Below are positions 25,478 through 38,286 of a DNA stretch of 64,000 nt, piece after piece. Both the position numbers and the translations under genes were made by a program. The notes under the pieces are model-generated. The model was not told the origin of the DNA. It saw only the letters and a program-made list of their open reading frames with translations, and made no database searches. Source of the DNA: Eledone cirrhosa (taxonomy: Eukaryota); the NCBI GenBank assembly GCA_964016885.1, contig OZ024742.1, forward strand, positions 60,760,001 through 60,824,000. The letters are read 5' to 3'. Position 1 is the stretch's first letter. Each line of letters begins with the position of its first letter.

Positions 25478-25709
25478 AGATATATATGTATATATAAAGT
25501 CACAATAAGTATCGCAGCTTTTTGTAAAGTTTCTTTCATATTACAATTTGTTTCCATATTGATCAGCTGGGGTTTGATCATGCGATCGGATCCCGACTCT
25601 TAATCCACATTTCTTTACATATCAGAGTTTACATGGGTGTTCCCATCAAAACTATTGACATATATAAATATATATATATACATATATAAATATATATATT
25701 TATATATAC

Positions 25710-25776
<67 letters not shown>

Positions 25777-25796
25777 TTATGTATATATATATATAT

Positions 25797-25833
<37 letters not shown>

Positions 25834-26172
25834 ATCCTAGTCACTCGCCACTTCCGATCCCCAAGCTACCCCTCCCTACATGTCTCAGTCCTAGTTCTCC
25901 TTTTATGCCAGGACTGAGCAAAGCCCGATTTTCCGTCTGGTGCCCACTTACCCCTATAGACTCATCGCCCCTCCCTAATTTATTTAAACTTTCTTTACAT
26001 GTGCACACATACACACCCGCTTCCTTCTATACCACTAGCCACTGTTACACATATCTTGACCACTGTCACACACACACTCGCTTACATTCCCCACAAGGTT
26101 TCTATCGCTTTTTTACCATCAGAAAAACATACTCTTACAGCTCTGTACGGACAACAACTAACACGCACACCC

Positions 26173-26225
<53 letters not shown>

Positions 26226-26226
26226 A

Positions 26227-26264
<38 letters not shown>

Positions 26265-27280
26265 GCTCACTCTCTCTCACTCACAAACACAGACACTCTT
26301 AAGTTTATACTCTCCTATCCTCTCAGTTTCATACAGACTATCACACTCATGTGGACGTCATCTTGAAACACACCCTTACTATGCATTAGTACTAATGTTA
26401 TGTACGCGCGTGTCTTCTTCTATACGATCTTCGTATAATTCGCCAATTTCATGTCTGTTAGAATTTATATTATATATACTTCGTTACGTAGATTTTATTG
26501 ACTTCGAATTAGCAGAATCCTATTTGTTCCGACTCAATTTTGCTTTTTCTTGTGTGTCTTGAGTGTCCCAGTATTTAGCTTCCTCTCCTCTCTGTGTTTT
26601 ATCCTTTCAGAGTCGATAACAACATTACCAGTGCCTTGAGGTACTTACTCTGTTTTAACATTAACATCTGTCCCTATTGTGCAATGTATTTTCGTGTTGA
26701 AAATGTCCTCCACCCTTTCACCATCAGTTTGGGAAACTCGCAAAAGTTTCATGGGCATTGACATTCAACCATTAGGTAAACTAGAAGAAAAAAATTTGGA
26801 AAAAAGTAATTTGCTGGAGAATGTCAGTGCCTGTATATTGTCTCAGCTGTACTTAATGTTTACCAGAAAATGTCTGCAAATAATGAGGTGTAGTTGTTAT
26901 TTTGTTTACACGAAACACCAGAAATTTAAACTGTATCGGAAATTATCAATACTACCGGTTGGTGATTTACAAAGAAAGGCAAGGAGTGTGACATGAGTTC
27001 ATAAGTTAGATCGATGATGGCATGTATTATTTTGATTATTTGGACCTAACACTCGACTATTAGATTCAGGAATATTCTACTAAGCATTGCAATTTATTGC
27101 AAGAAATCATTAATTGTTTGCTGTTTAAAGACAGATGTTTGGGTCATGCTGGCGCACCGCCAAAATGAGATCTATATAATTATATACATATATATATATA
27201 TGGGGGTGGGCGTGTTTAAATACGTGTATGTATATGAACATATGTGTGTGTTTATATATATGTATGAATATATATATATA

Positions 27281-27937
27281 CTAGCAAGAAAGCCCGGCGT
27301 TGCTCGGGGTCGCTCAGTAGCTGTGTTAAAGTTACAATGTTAAGTTTCTTTTTTGGCTTAAAGTATGTCTGCACGACTGTCTGTCTGCACGCCTAACGAA
27401 ATTTACAGATACATATATTTTAAATAAACTTATATAATTTTTGCTTTTTTTTACGAAATATTTTCTTGTTTTACGTAGTCTTTAAATAGACTTGTTTTCA
27501 AGTAAAAATATTGTTTTAAAAGGCTTTTAAATGGAAATGAAGCAAAACGGAAGCTTAGTGTTCGAACTGATGAATTTTACAGGTCAAAATTTTGCTGGCT
27601 CGACAACTGTTCGTGTATTGTGTTAATGTCATTTTAAACGCTGAGAAAGCCAGCGTAATTTTTTTAATTTTTGCACGCAGAAAATGTAAACAGAACGTAA
27701 GACGCTCAATGTAAACAGAACAAAGGGAAATAACTCGTCACTTACGCTCAAAAATCGATACATTAGATTCGATTTCGTCACATAGGGTGGGTCAATTTGA
27801 AATATCTTTTTTCCGATGTCTTCGCTAGGGCTCAATGTACAAGTATAGCAATTTCGGTGCAATTCCGTCAGAGATTCTAAGAGATGTGTGCCAAAAATCG
27901 ATAGACATACAGACAACCACAGCTTTATATATATAGA
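27281..27937 (-). mobile_element. non-autonomous Helitron
   Basis: Minus strand starts TC(TATATATATAAAGC) and ends CCCGAGCAACGCCGGG-ctttcttg-CTAG (subterminal hairpin + CTAG). Inserted between A and T. Internal GTCT-type repeats. Confidence 0.8.
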
Positions 27938-28008
27938 TATATATATAAAATATATATAAAATAAAGTTAAATAAAAAGTCAAATGTTTAAAATTTAGCTT
28001 CGTTTGTT

Positions 28009-28063
28009 ACTGCTATATATATTTCAGTGACCGCCATCTTTGGCTGTGACCTCTTCAGGCAGT
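28009..28063 (-). ncRNA. type I hammerhead ribozyme motif
   Basis: ACTGC-CTGAAGA-GGTCACAGCCAAAGATGGCGGTCACT-GAAA-TATATA-TA-GCAGT. Homologue at 37238-37290. Confidence 0.65.
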
Positions 28064-28604
28064 CCGAATTAGTGTGGTATAGACAAGTACATATGTTGTT
28101 GAGGTGTATAATTTTGTGAATACTCTGATATGCCCAGTTCCTGGTTGGGTTGTTATTTCACTGAGGAACTGGAATCATATGAATTCAAACAAACGAATTT
28201 CAGTGTCAAAGGGCCTCTTCTCCTCTCATTGGTCAGTTGTTAGAACATTCCTCATTCTATAGAAGTTCGTTCTGAGGCAAGCCAATCTGTAGTTGTTGTT
28301 CTTGTTATATAGAATATATATATCTATAATTGGTGTGGGCTGCTTAAAGCGTCCGTAAGTGGTATGCCGTTTGAGCACTCGATGCTCTTACAGAGCAGAG
28401 TATAATATCACATAAGAAACGGAGAATCAGTGGTGCGACGAATAAGATTTATTAGACATAATACAATCGTTTCTCTGGTGACCAGCTCGAGGCCCGATCG
28501 ATAAAATTATCAAACCTGGCTCTAACACCGTAAGATCCTTAGATATGTCTCGATTCTACGAACCAGAGTTTCCAAACTTTGAAACTCTGCTTCTAAGAAT
28601 CGAG

Positions 28605-28697
28605 ACATATCTGAGGATCTTACGATTTCAGAGCCAGGTTTGACCATTGCATCGATCGGGCCTCGAGCTGGTCGCCAGAGAAACGATTGTAATATGT
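28605..28697 (+). ncRNA. type I hammerhead ribozyme motif in fold-back cassette 28408-28745
   Basis: ACATAT-CTGAGGA-[62-nt stem II]-GAAA-CGATTG-TA-ATATGT; 6-bp perfect stem I. Confidence 0.7.
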
Positions 28698-28747
28698 CTA
28701 ATCAATCTTATTCGTCGCACCACTGATTCTCCGTTTCTTATGTGACC

Positions 28748-28782
<35 letters not shown>

Positions 28783-29915
28783 CACATAAGAAACGGAGAA
28801 TCAGTGGTGCGACGAATATATATATATATATATGGGATAACAAGTTATCGTTTTAGGTAATCCAATTAGAGGTTGCGAGTACGCTGTACTATAGAAAGTT
28901 TTAACGTACGGCGTTGTTTGCTTCAACAAGAGGTTTTCTTTATTAGGTAGCGAGTTTGCGAGAATTCCCATGAAGGTTATTCTTGGAGTAATAGTAGTGA
29001 AAGAATGAAGAATAACATAGTGGGCTGTACAAAAGGTTTTATTTAAAGTATTAACAATTGTTTCATTGATCAGGCAAGTCTAAAGGCCGCTATACATATA
29101 TATATAGAGAGAGAGAGTGAGAATAGAAAAGGGTGTGTAGTTGCTATTTAAGGTAACTTAAAATGCAGTGGGAATACGAAGAAAGCAAGAGCAGGGGAGG
29201 CGGGAGTTTTCATCATCAGTTGTCTACTGGAGGTCTAGGATATTTCTACGCTTTAAAGACAAGATACCCCTTCACCCCAGGGCGTCAATAACTGGATAAG
29301 TTACTGGGAAAACGAAGGAAGGAGGGAAGGAAAGCAAAGGTAAGTAAAGAGAAACAATAACAAAACAGCAAAAAAAAACAAAAAAAACTGAGCAATTTGC
29401 GAGCAACTATAGGTAGGAAATCCAAGACCACTCGATAATAGAACTTAAGTTCGAGACCGAGTAATCGAGAGAAACAAGACACATGTCCGATCGCCGCAGT
29501 TGTAAGTGAGAAGAGAACTGCTAAACGGTCAGACGAGGGGTGAAAGTGAGAGGGAGAAAGGGAGAGGAAGAAAGTGGGGTAAGAGTAGATAGAGGGAAGA
29601 AAGAGTGGTGAGAATAGAAGGTGGCGAAATAGGTAGGTAGAAAGGGAGAGAAGAATGGTCACAGCGAAAAACATGATTAAATATATGGAGATTAGAAATG
29701 GCTGTGTAGTTATTATTTAAGGTAACTTAAAATGCAGTGGGAATACGAAGAAAGCAAGAACAGGGCGGGGGGTTCCCCATCAGTTGTCTACTGGGGGTCT
29801 ACTTTTCGCTTAAAGAAGGGCTTATGCTTGAAACGTCGTCCTTCACCCCCACTCTCAAATGCGTGAAACTAATAAACCTCTGTTCGTACTGCCTGTTTTG
29901 TTCCCGTTCCATTTT

Positions 29916-29978
<63 letters not shown>

Positions 29979-30121
29979 TTTTCCGTAGTGTTGTAATATG
30001 AATATTACACACAGTAGATGGACAGCTCACGTAGGGTTTGCTCGACGGTTCCAGTTGTAGTTTCAAAAGTAATCCGGAGAAAATAGAATGATTTAAATGG
30101 ATACAGTTCAGTAAAAGGAAT

Positions 30122-30242
30122 TTATTGACACGTGTTTCAATAACAGTTATATAACCGAAAAACAGCTGCTATCTACAAAGTATTAATTATGCAAACACTC
30201 AATATTTCGATGTTATTTTCAACTATCATTTCATCAGAATAA
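30122..30242 (-). ncRNA. type I hammerhead ribozyme motif with 92-nt stem II domain
   Basis: TTATT-CTGATGA-AATGATAGTT...AACTGTTATT-GAAA-CACGTG-TC-AATAA. Inverted arms at 30083-30192 and 30423-30532. Confidence 0.75.
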
Positions 30243-30634
30243 TCTCATTGAGAACTTGTTTGGTTTTTATAGAGAATATTAAGAGGGAGGAGTGAAGTTA
30301 GAAGAATAGTTAAGGGAGTGGATAGAAATTTTTGATAGCAGTGGGTAATTAGTTTCCCATCTGTTGTTTTGACATTTTTATAGAATACATTATTTGGCGT
30401 TGGTTATTTTATATTGAGTTTCTGCATAATTAATACTTTGTAGATAGCAGCTGCTTTCATGTTATATAACTGTTATTGAAACACGTGTCAATAAATTCCT
30501 TTTACTGAACTGTATGCATTTAAATCTTTCTATATATATTTTTTTTTTTCTATTTGATATAGAAATGGCTTCTACGGGACTAATTACTTATTGTGGTTAC
30601 CTCCGATTGAACCCGGGATAAACATATATATACA

Positions 30635-30689
<55 letters not shown>

Positions 30690-31019
30690 GGCGTAGGACA
30701 GGAGAAAGGAAAAGCACAGAAAGAAAGAAAGGAATCCCCAGTCACTGAAGAGGTCACAGAGTGTGTGACGAAAGGACTGTGACTATATATAAACAACTAT
30801 CTGGTTGTGGAACCAACCAACCAACCAGAAATTTATAAATTTGTAGATTTGTAAATTTATAAATTTATAAATATATAATAAATTGAAGTGAAAGCAACTG
30901 GTGCGTGTGTTTCTTATTGGCAACATGACCTTCCCAAAGTATAACAATATCGGTTTCAACACACGATTTCAGATATAGAATCTAGCTAAACAAATTCAGA
31001 AACGAAATATATCTATATC

Positions 31020-31181
<162 letters not shown>

Positions 31182-31210
31182 TATGTGTGTGTGTGTAGAT
31201 ATATATGTAT

Positions 31211-32330
31211 ATATAAAGTGACAATAAGTATTGCAGCTTTTTGTAAAGTTTCTTTCATATTACAATTTGTTTCCATATTGATCAGCTGGGGTTTGATCAT
31301 GCGATCGGATCCCGACTCTTAATCCACATTTCTTTACATATCAGAGTTTACATGGGTGTTCCCATCTAAACTGTTGACATATGTTCTGTGTTCGTTTTAA
31401 GTACGGGTGGATTGGAGACGGGAGAAAGTAGATGGTGAATAGTGGTTTTCAATGTGACAGGGGTGGTGGATTGTAAAGAATTGTAATTGGGATTGGCATA
31501 AAGTTTTCTTGAGATGAAATTATAAATATCGAAATTGGGAAGTGGTCAGTGGGAATTTCAAGGTCGGCCAGTATAATAACGACAAGAATGACAGGTAGGG
31601 ACATATTGGTAGGAGGGATAATGGTAGGCATACATGTGAGGTGAAGATGAAGAACAAGGCGAGGGAGGAGTAGGATAAAAAGTAGAGGGGAATGAAGAAG
31701 TGGTGTTGATTGTGTTGTTAATGGTGAATATGATTATCATGATGATGATGGTGGTGGTGGTTATGATGATGGTGATGGTAAAGTAGATGGAGAGGAAGGT
31801 GGAGAAGGTATAGATGGTGAGGTTGAAGATGAATAGCGGGGATGAATTAATGTTTAAGTAATGGTGTTTTAGTAATGGAGCTGTTTTGAAGGAATAAGGA
31901 ATAAAAGGAGTAAAATGAAATTAAATAAAATGAATGAAATGAGAAAGTGGTTGTTTGGGATTGATGAATAAGTTGAATATACAAAGTGAAGGGGATTGAA
32001 ACAATATCAATTGGTTGGAGTAGTCCGTTAATGTTAGATAGTATTTGTTGGGTTGACATTTCTGAATGATAGGGCCGAGAATGTTGTGTTTCTGGCGTGT
32101 CGGAATCCCAGCAGTATTTTGGAATTCAGGTTTACTGGGTTCTTTAATTTGGTGATCTCCACGGCTTCCGCAATACAAAGCCGGCACTTCCACTGGGCCG
32201 GAGATTGGAGTATTGCGCATTTAACCAAACTCCTGTACAACCTGAACCCAGTTTTCTCGTTTGAGTCTCCATACAAAGACCGCCTGTCTAGTGTCCTATT
32301 GCTTGCTCCTATCATTGTGTCCTTGTGATT
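31211..32330 (-). mobile_element. 5'-truncated Penelope-like element (GIY-YIG C-terminus + long 3' region)
   Basis: ORF 32034..32315 has KCRLCIAEAVEI..LNSK...RH, like PLE GIY-YIG ends (CxLC.EK..LN.R...CRH). Bounded by (TA)n. Terminal ~165 bp is duplicated at 25493-25660. Confidence 0.6.
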
Positions 32331-32372
32331 CTAGTAACGAACCTTGAATGTTGTGGATGTGGCCCCGATGTA

Positions 32373-32484
<112 letters not shown>

Positions 32485-32803
32485 GGGGGTATGTATATAT
32501 ATACATATTTCAAATATTAGAATATGCATGCAATTGTGGGCGTTTTTGTGTGTAGATATACGACTTTCTTTAACTCTTTTGCAAGGAAACTTTGCAAAGA
32601 GAGGACGTAGAAGGAATTTCAAAATATTTAAATGTTTAGCATAAGATCTCAATCAATGAAATAAGTAAAAACAAACTTACAAAGAAATGTCGGTCAAACT
32701 GAAATAGAAATGAACGTTCTTCTTATATTTTTGTCTAAACCTGTTGACTATGAGGTGAAATATATATATATTTTAAACGAAAGTCTCGGATGAAAGATCA
32801 CAA

Positions 32804-32860
<57 letters not shown>

Positions 32861-32868
<8 letters not shown>

Positions 32869-35303
32869 TAAAATAACAGATTAAAGTTTAAGCAAAGAAT
32901 CACTGCTTTCACCCTTAACGGGATCTTCTGAAACTAAAAAAATCAATCTGTGAACGCAGAAGTAAATATTTTGAAAAACGTTGCAACCGAAGGAAGACAG
33001 GAAGACGATCGCTCCACATAATGACGTATTATCTTCGTTTTTTCCGTTCATTGCCAGGGAACGTCTCCACGAACCACCTAATAGAATATTAGTCTACGAC
33101 TTCATTTATACCATGAACGTGGTTTTGTCTTTGCGTGTAATTGTTTTCACCGCTCCAAATAATGGCGTATTTATCTTCGTTTTTTTCCGTTCTTTGCCAG
33201 GGAACGTTTCCACGAACCAAAGTATCATCTTCCTGTGTCCCTTCGGTTGCAACGTTTTCGAAATATTTACTGCTGCGTTCACAGATTGATTTTTTTAGTT
33301 TCAGAAGAGACCGTTAAAGGGGAAAGCAGCGATTCTTTGCTTAAACTTTACTCTGTTATTTGCTCTACGGTTCTTATATATTTTATATATATTTATCTTT
33401 ATCAAGCCCTCTTTGGATTTTAGTCTTCTAATTTATTATTATTACTATTTGGCTCCCTCGGTTGAGCACTCTATGACTTATATTCATTATTCAGAAACAA
33501 CATCTGAATATTTCTACAAAGAACATACCCGTACCAAGCAGGAAGAAATACCTAAAACTCCTGATGCAGAAAACAGACTCGTTCATTAAAAGGTTGCGTT
33601 GGTGTGCCTTTTATTTGGATAATCAGGTAAAAGCGGACAATAAACAAAATAAAGTTGGGTTTAAAATCTACAATAACCCTCCGAGTAACCCTTCGAAAAT
33701 GATGATGTCATGGAACTCATACGGAGTATCAAATTTCGGAATAGGAGCAATTCTTTCCAGCAGGACCTGAAGAATAGAATTCGTTCTATTAAGGATTCTA
33801 ATGCCGTGCACGTCCACTCCGACACAACTGGCAATCTATTTCAAGTAGAGCGCAGTACTTACCATCAACTACTACATAATGCTGTAACTAAGGATTACCG
33901 TAAAATTAATCGGAGTGTCATTAATGACATCAACGATGCTAGGTTTAAAATCACATCTGATCTCAACACCATGGACCAGACTGAACCTCTGAACCCTATT
34001 TCTCCCCACTTTACCCTGAAGGCTCACAAATCCAATTTCTCGAACAACCCCTCTATTCGGCTTATTGACCCTACGAAGTCCGATTTAGGTAGAATTAGTA
34101 AAAGGATTTTAGATAGAATTATACCTGAAATTAGAAGCTTGGCCCCTCTTGCACTGTGGTACAATTCTTTCGCGGTGATTGATTGGTTCAAAGGCATATG
34201 CAACAAGGAACATTGCCGTTTTATCCAATTCGACATCAATAATTACTACTCCTCTATTACTTTACCATTCCTTCTCATAGCTATCAACTTCGCTAAAAGG
34301 CTGACGGTGGTTAAGGATTTCGAAGCTGACTGATGTCATCCTCAATGCCCGTAAGTCGGAGATTAATTTCGACGACTCTATTTGGATTAAAAATATCTAA
34401 TAGTACCCCATTCGATGTGAGTATGGGCGCCAGCGATTCTGCGGAAGTTACTGATCTTATCGGCCTTTTCCTTCTTTTCTCTATCAAGGTAGAATTCCCC
34501 AACGTGGGTGGTGGTTTGTACCGTGATGACAGTCTTTTGACCATGACAATGTGCGGCCCACGCGCTTGCGATAGCTTCAGAAAAGAACTCACAGCCTTCT
34601 TTAAAGGCTTCAACCTCTCCATACAGGCTGAAACCAACCTCTCAGTGGTTAATTACCTCGACATTACCCTCAATTTGTCGAATGGCTTGCACTACCCGTA
34701 TAGAAAGCCGAAGGATCCGCTTAATTACATAAGCAAGCATTCTAACCATCCTGCCAGCATAAACAAGAACATGGTTAGAAACGTTTCTTTGAGGCTTTGC
34801 CGTCTATCTACAAACGAGCATATTTTCACCGACCATTCCACATATTACAATGACGCTCTTACTCGGAGTGGATTTGTCGATAAGGTATCATATACCGAGT
34901 ATGAGCATAGACCTAGGAAAAATAGATACCGACGCATTATATGGATAAACCCATCATATAATAATTTGTCTTTGCGTGTAATTGTTTTCATAGCTCCAAA
35001 TAATGACTTATTTATCTTCGTTTTTTTTTTCGTTCTTTGCCAGGGAACGTTTCCCACGAACCAAAGTATCGTCTTCCTATGTTCCTTTGGTTGCAACGTT
35101 TTTCGAAATATTTATTTCTGCGTTCACAGATTGATTTTTTAGTTTCAGAGGATCCCGTTAAGGGTGAAAGCAGCGATTCTTTACTTAAACTTTAATCTGT
35201 TATTTTAATAAATATTTGCTCTACGGTTCTTATATATTTGATATATATTTATCCTCATCGAGCCCTCTTTGGATTTTAGTCTTCAAATTTATTATTATTA
35301 CTA
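32861..35303 (+). mobile_element. Penelope-like element with direct pseudo-LTRs and a 5' inverted partial pLTR
   Basis: Direct repeats at 33124-33447 and 34965-35303, inverted partial copy at 32861-33008, flanked by (TA)n. Confidence 0.9.
33473..34965 (+). pseudogene. PLE reverse transcriptase, frameshifted, endonuclease domain missing
   Basis: STKNIPVP, FIKRLRW, IRLIDPTKSDLGRISK, FDINNYYSSI, FDVSMGASDSAEVTDLIG, GLYRDD, NYLDITL, SNHP and IIWINP, spread over three ORF pieces. Confidence 0.88.
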
Positions 35304-35318
35304 TATATATATATATAT

Positions 35319-35366
<48 letters not shown>

Positions 35367-35370
35367 AGAG

Positions 35371-35413
<43 letters not shown>

Positions 35414-35759
35414 GGGAGATAGAGAGAGAGAAGGGGTGAAGTTGGAAATAGTACGGAAAATATATTTTAGGGCCTGTTTTTCTTTTTTTCCTTTCTTTGA
35501 TTCGTCAAAGTGATATTATTGAAAAGATGACATTATTGAAAAGATGACATTATTGAAAAAATGAGAGGAAATTCCTTTAAAAAAAAAGGGTTTTATAATG
35601 TATATAAATTATATAAATATTACCAGTTTCGATGTATTATTAAAATTCATCTTATCAAATGTTGAGCAAGAGGATGGGAAAAAAACTTACTACAACACTT
35701 AATTTTAAATCTTTAAACTTGGGATCTACACACAGACACACACACATATATATATTTCA

Positions 35760-36870
35760 TGAATTGTAGGATTCTCAGCGTGATGGGTAGCTGTAAACAG
35801 CTTATTACTGTGATATATAGTAAAAAGTTGGGTTAAGATATAACCGCTTGTTGAGCAGAGGAACGGAGAGGAAGTGATAATGGAATAAATAGAGGAGACA
35901 TGAGAGGAGTATAGAGCGAGTGAAGAGAAGAGTAGAAGAGAAATGCGCTGAGAATCCTTCAAATTATGAAAATTCATATACACTTAACGATTGAAATCTT
36001 TTCAATTAATGTTACATAATTTGAGCCATGCTGGCTTACCAAATTGAACGGATAACGGTGCCAGGGACAGGTACCTCTTAATTCTTTATATCTTTATCTA
36101 TCTACCTATTTTGGCTCTCTTTCTCTCCCACCCTATCAATTTTTGTCTCACCCTCTATCGCCATCCTCCTATGTTGCTACCACTTCCTTCACGTCTATTT
36201 TTGTCTCTCTTTCTGTCCCTTTCTATCTATTTTATCTCTCACTCTATCACCCCTCTCCCATGGTATTACCACTCCCACTGATCATAATTCCGCTCTCGTG
36301 TCGCTTACTGCTGCTGCTGTTCCCGTCAGAATAACAGACAACCTCTTTCCCTGTCGACCACGGCTCGATATAGTCGTGCCCTAATGCTATCTTGTTCCCC
36401 TATTCCAGCGCCAGACCAACAGAAATGTAGGTTCTTTTGTGCAGGCTAGCCTTATATACATGCTCCTTCCTTTTTTTTCCCGCGAGAAATCATACGGTCG
36501 AGAAGGAAGCTGATGAGATCTTATGACGCTAAAATACTATTGTTCTTGTTAGTTTACTTTCGTCATACATTGTTTTTATTTATATTTTGCAATTTTCCAA
36601 AAGTTCTGCAATATCGATCTCATTCCCGCTTTTCTCTTCTCTTTCTCTCTACACCACTCTCATATCTAATCTTATGCTTTAGACTTTCTTTCTTCCTGTA
36701 TCTTCATCTCCCCATTCCTCTGCTCAATATGTGATTATATCTTAACCCGACTTTTTACTATAGATATATAGTAATCACTTGTTTACAGCTATGCATCGCG
36801 CTGAGAATCCTTCAATAAAGAAATTCACCGACACTCAACGCTTCAAACCTTTTGAATTTATGTTTACACA
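35760..36870 (+). mobile_element. non-coding element with PLE-like architecture
   Basis: 35760-35875 is inverted relative to ~36700-36815. 35945-36015 is a direct copy of ~36799-36868. Confidence 0.5.
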
Positions 36871-36943
36871 CACACTCTTTCTCTCTCTCTCTCTCACTCA
36901 CACACTTCCACTCACACACATAAACACACACACACACACACAG

Positions 36944-36974
<31 letters not shown>

Positions 36975-36975
<1 letters not shown>

Positions 36976-37153
36976 ATTGTTTCTACTTTTGGCTGAAGGC
37001 CAGCAAATACCCAGTGCATTACTGGTACTTTATTTTATCGACCCCGTAATGCTGAAAGGCAAAGTTAACCTCGGCGGGATTTGAACTCAGAATGACAAGG
37101 GCCGTAACACTATGCGTCAAAGCATGGTGTTCGGCCCTCTACCGATACTGCCA
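36975..37153 (-). mobile_element. tRNA-derived SINE (OR-like)
   Basis: Same A/B-box head, core and GTAGAAACAATTAT tail as 1716-2028. Confidence 0.85.
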
Positions 37154-37747
37154 AATCAACTTTAACATGTTATATATATATATAAAATAATAAGTGTAAG
37201 TCAACATGTTAAAGTTGGCTTCGTTCATTCAAATTCTCTGTTATACATATTTCAGTGACAGCCATTATTGGTTGTGACATCATCAGGCAGTAAGAATTTA
37301 GACAGAAAAAAACAGGAAAAAATGATGTTGTAATGGGTTCTACCCTGTTAATTCAACGATATGTCCAGCTCCTGGGTCTGTTGTTAGTCCTCGAAGGAAC
37401 TGGAATCATATGTTTCCAGTTCTTTTAAGCACTGTGATTGGCCAAACCTGGTGAGTATGGCTAAACTCCCTGGAGGGTTTAAACTCCTTTACAATCATGT
37501 CAATAACATTTCTCGTAACTGTCCTGTTATCTTGCCTTGTATTGTAACTGGACACATAGCTGTAGGCATGAGGTGTTTGTTATGTGTGTAGCACAAGCAA
37601 GTAGCATTGTCAGATGTTCCTTCACAAGCCCTTCAGTCGTGGAGTGGCAACCTGTCCAGATTCGACAAGTTAGAAGCACGTAGTCACAGACATACACCTG
37701 GGCCGCTCCAGTCTTATCACCTATATATATATATTATAATTATGGAT

Positions 37748-38137
37748 TGGCAGTATCGGTAGAGGGTCTGACGCCATGCTTTGACGCATAGAGTTACGAC
37801 CCTGGCCAATCTGATTTCAAATCCCGCCGAGGTTAACTTTGCCTTTCATCCTTATGGGGTCGATAAAATAAAGTACCAGTAATACACTGGGTAATTGCTG
37901 GCCTTGTGCCAAAAGTAGAAACAATTATTATTTCTGGCAATATTGGCGGTGAATTGGCAGTATCGGTAGAGCGTTGGACGCTATGCTTTGCAGCATTGAG
38001 TTACAGTCCTTTCCATTCTGAGTTCAAATCTCGCCGAGGTTAACTTTGCCTTTCATCCTTACGGGGTCGATAAAATAAAGTACCAGTAATGTACTGGATA
38101 AATCGCTGGCCTTGTGCCAAAAGTAGAAAGAATTGTT
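37748..38137 (+). mobile_element. two tandem tRNA-derived SINEs (OR-like)
   Basis: TGGCAGTATCGGTAGAG...TTCAAATC(C/T)CGCCGAGGTTAACTTTGCCTTTCATCC...GGCCTTGTGCCAAAAGTAGAAA occurs twice (37748-37932, 37945-38137). Confidence 0.85.
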
Positions 38138-38203
38138 TCTGCCAATATTATAACAATATGACCCTCCCCAAATATATATATATATAAATATTAATTCCTC
38201 CAC

Positions 38204-38286
<83 letters not shown>

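Noticed and set aside
35512-35560. Three tandem 17-bp units (GACATTATTGAAAAGAT)
   Set aside because: Ordinary minisatellite with no spacers; not CRISPR-like.
37748-37830. tRNA gene
   Set aside because: A/B boxes are present but there is no cloverleaf, and it continues into the SINE body.
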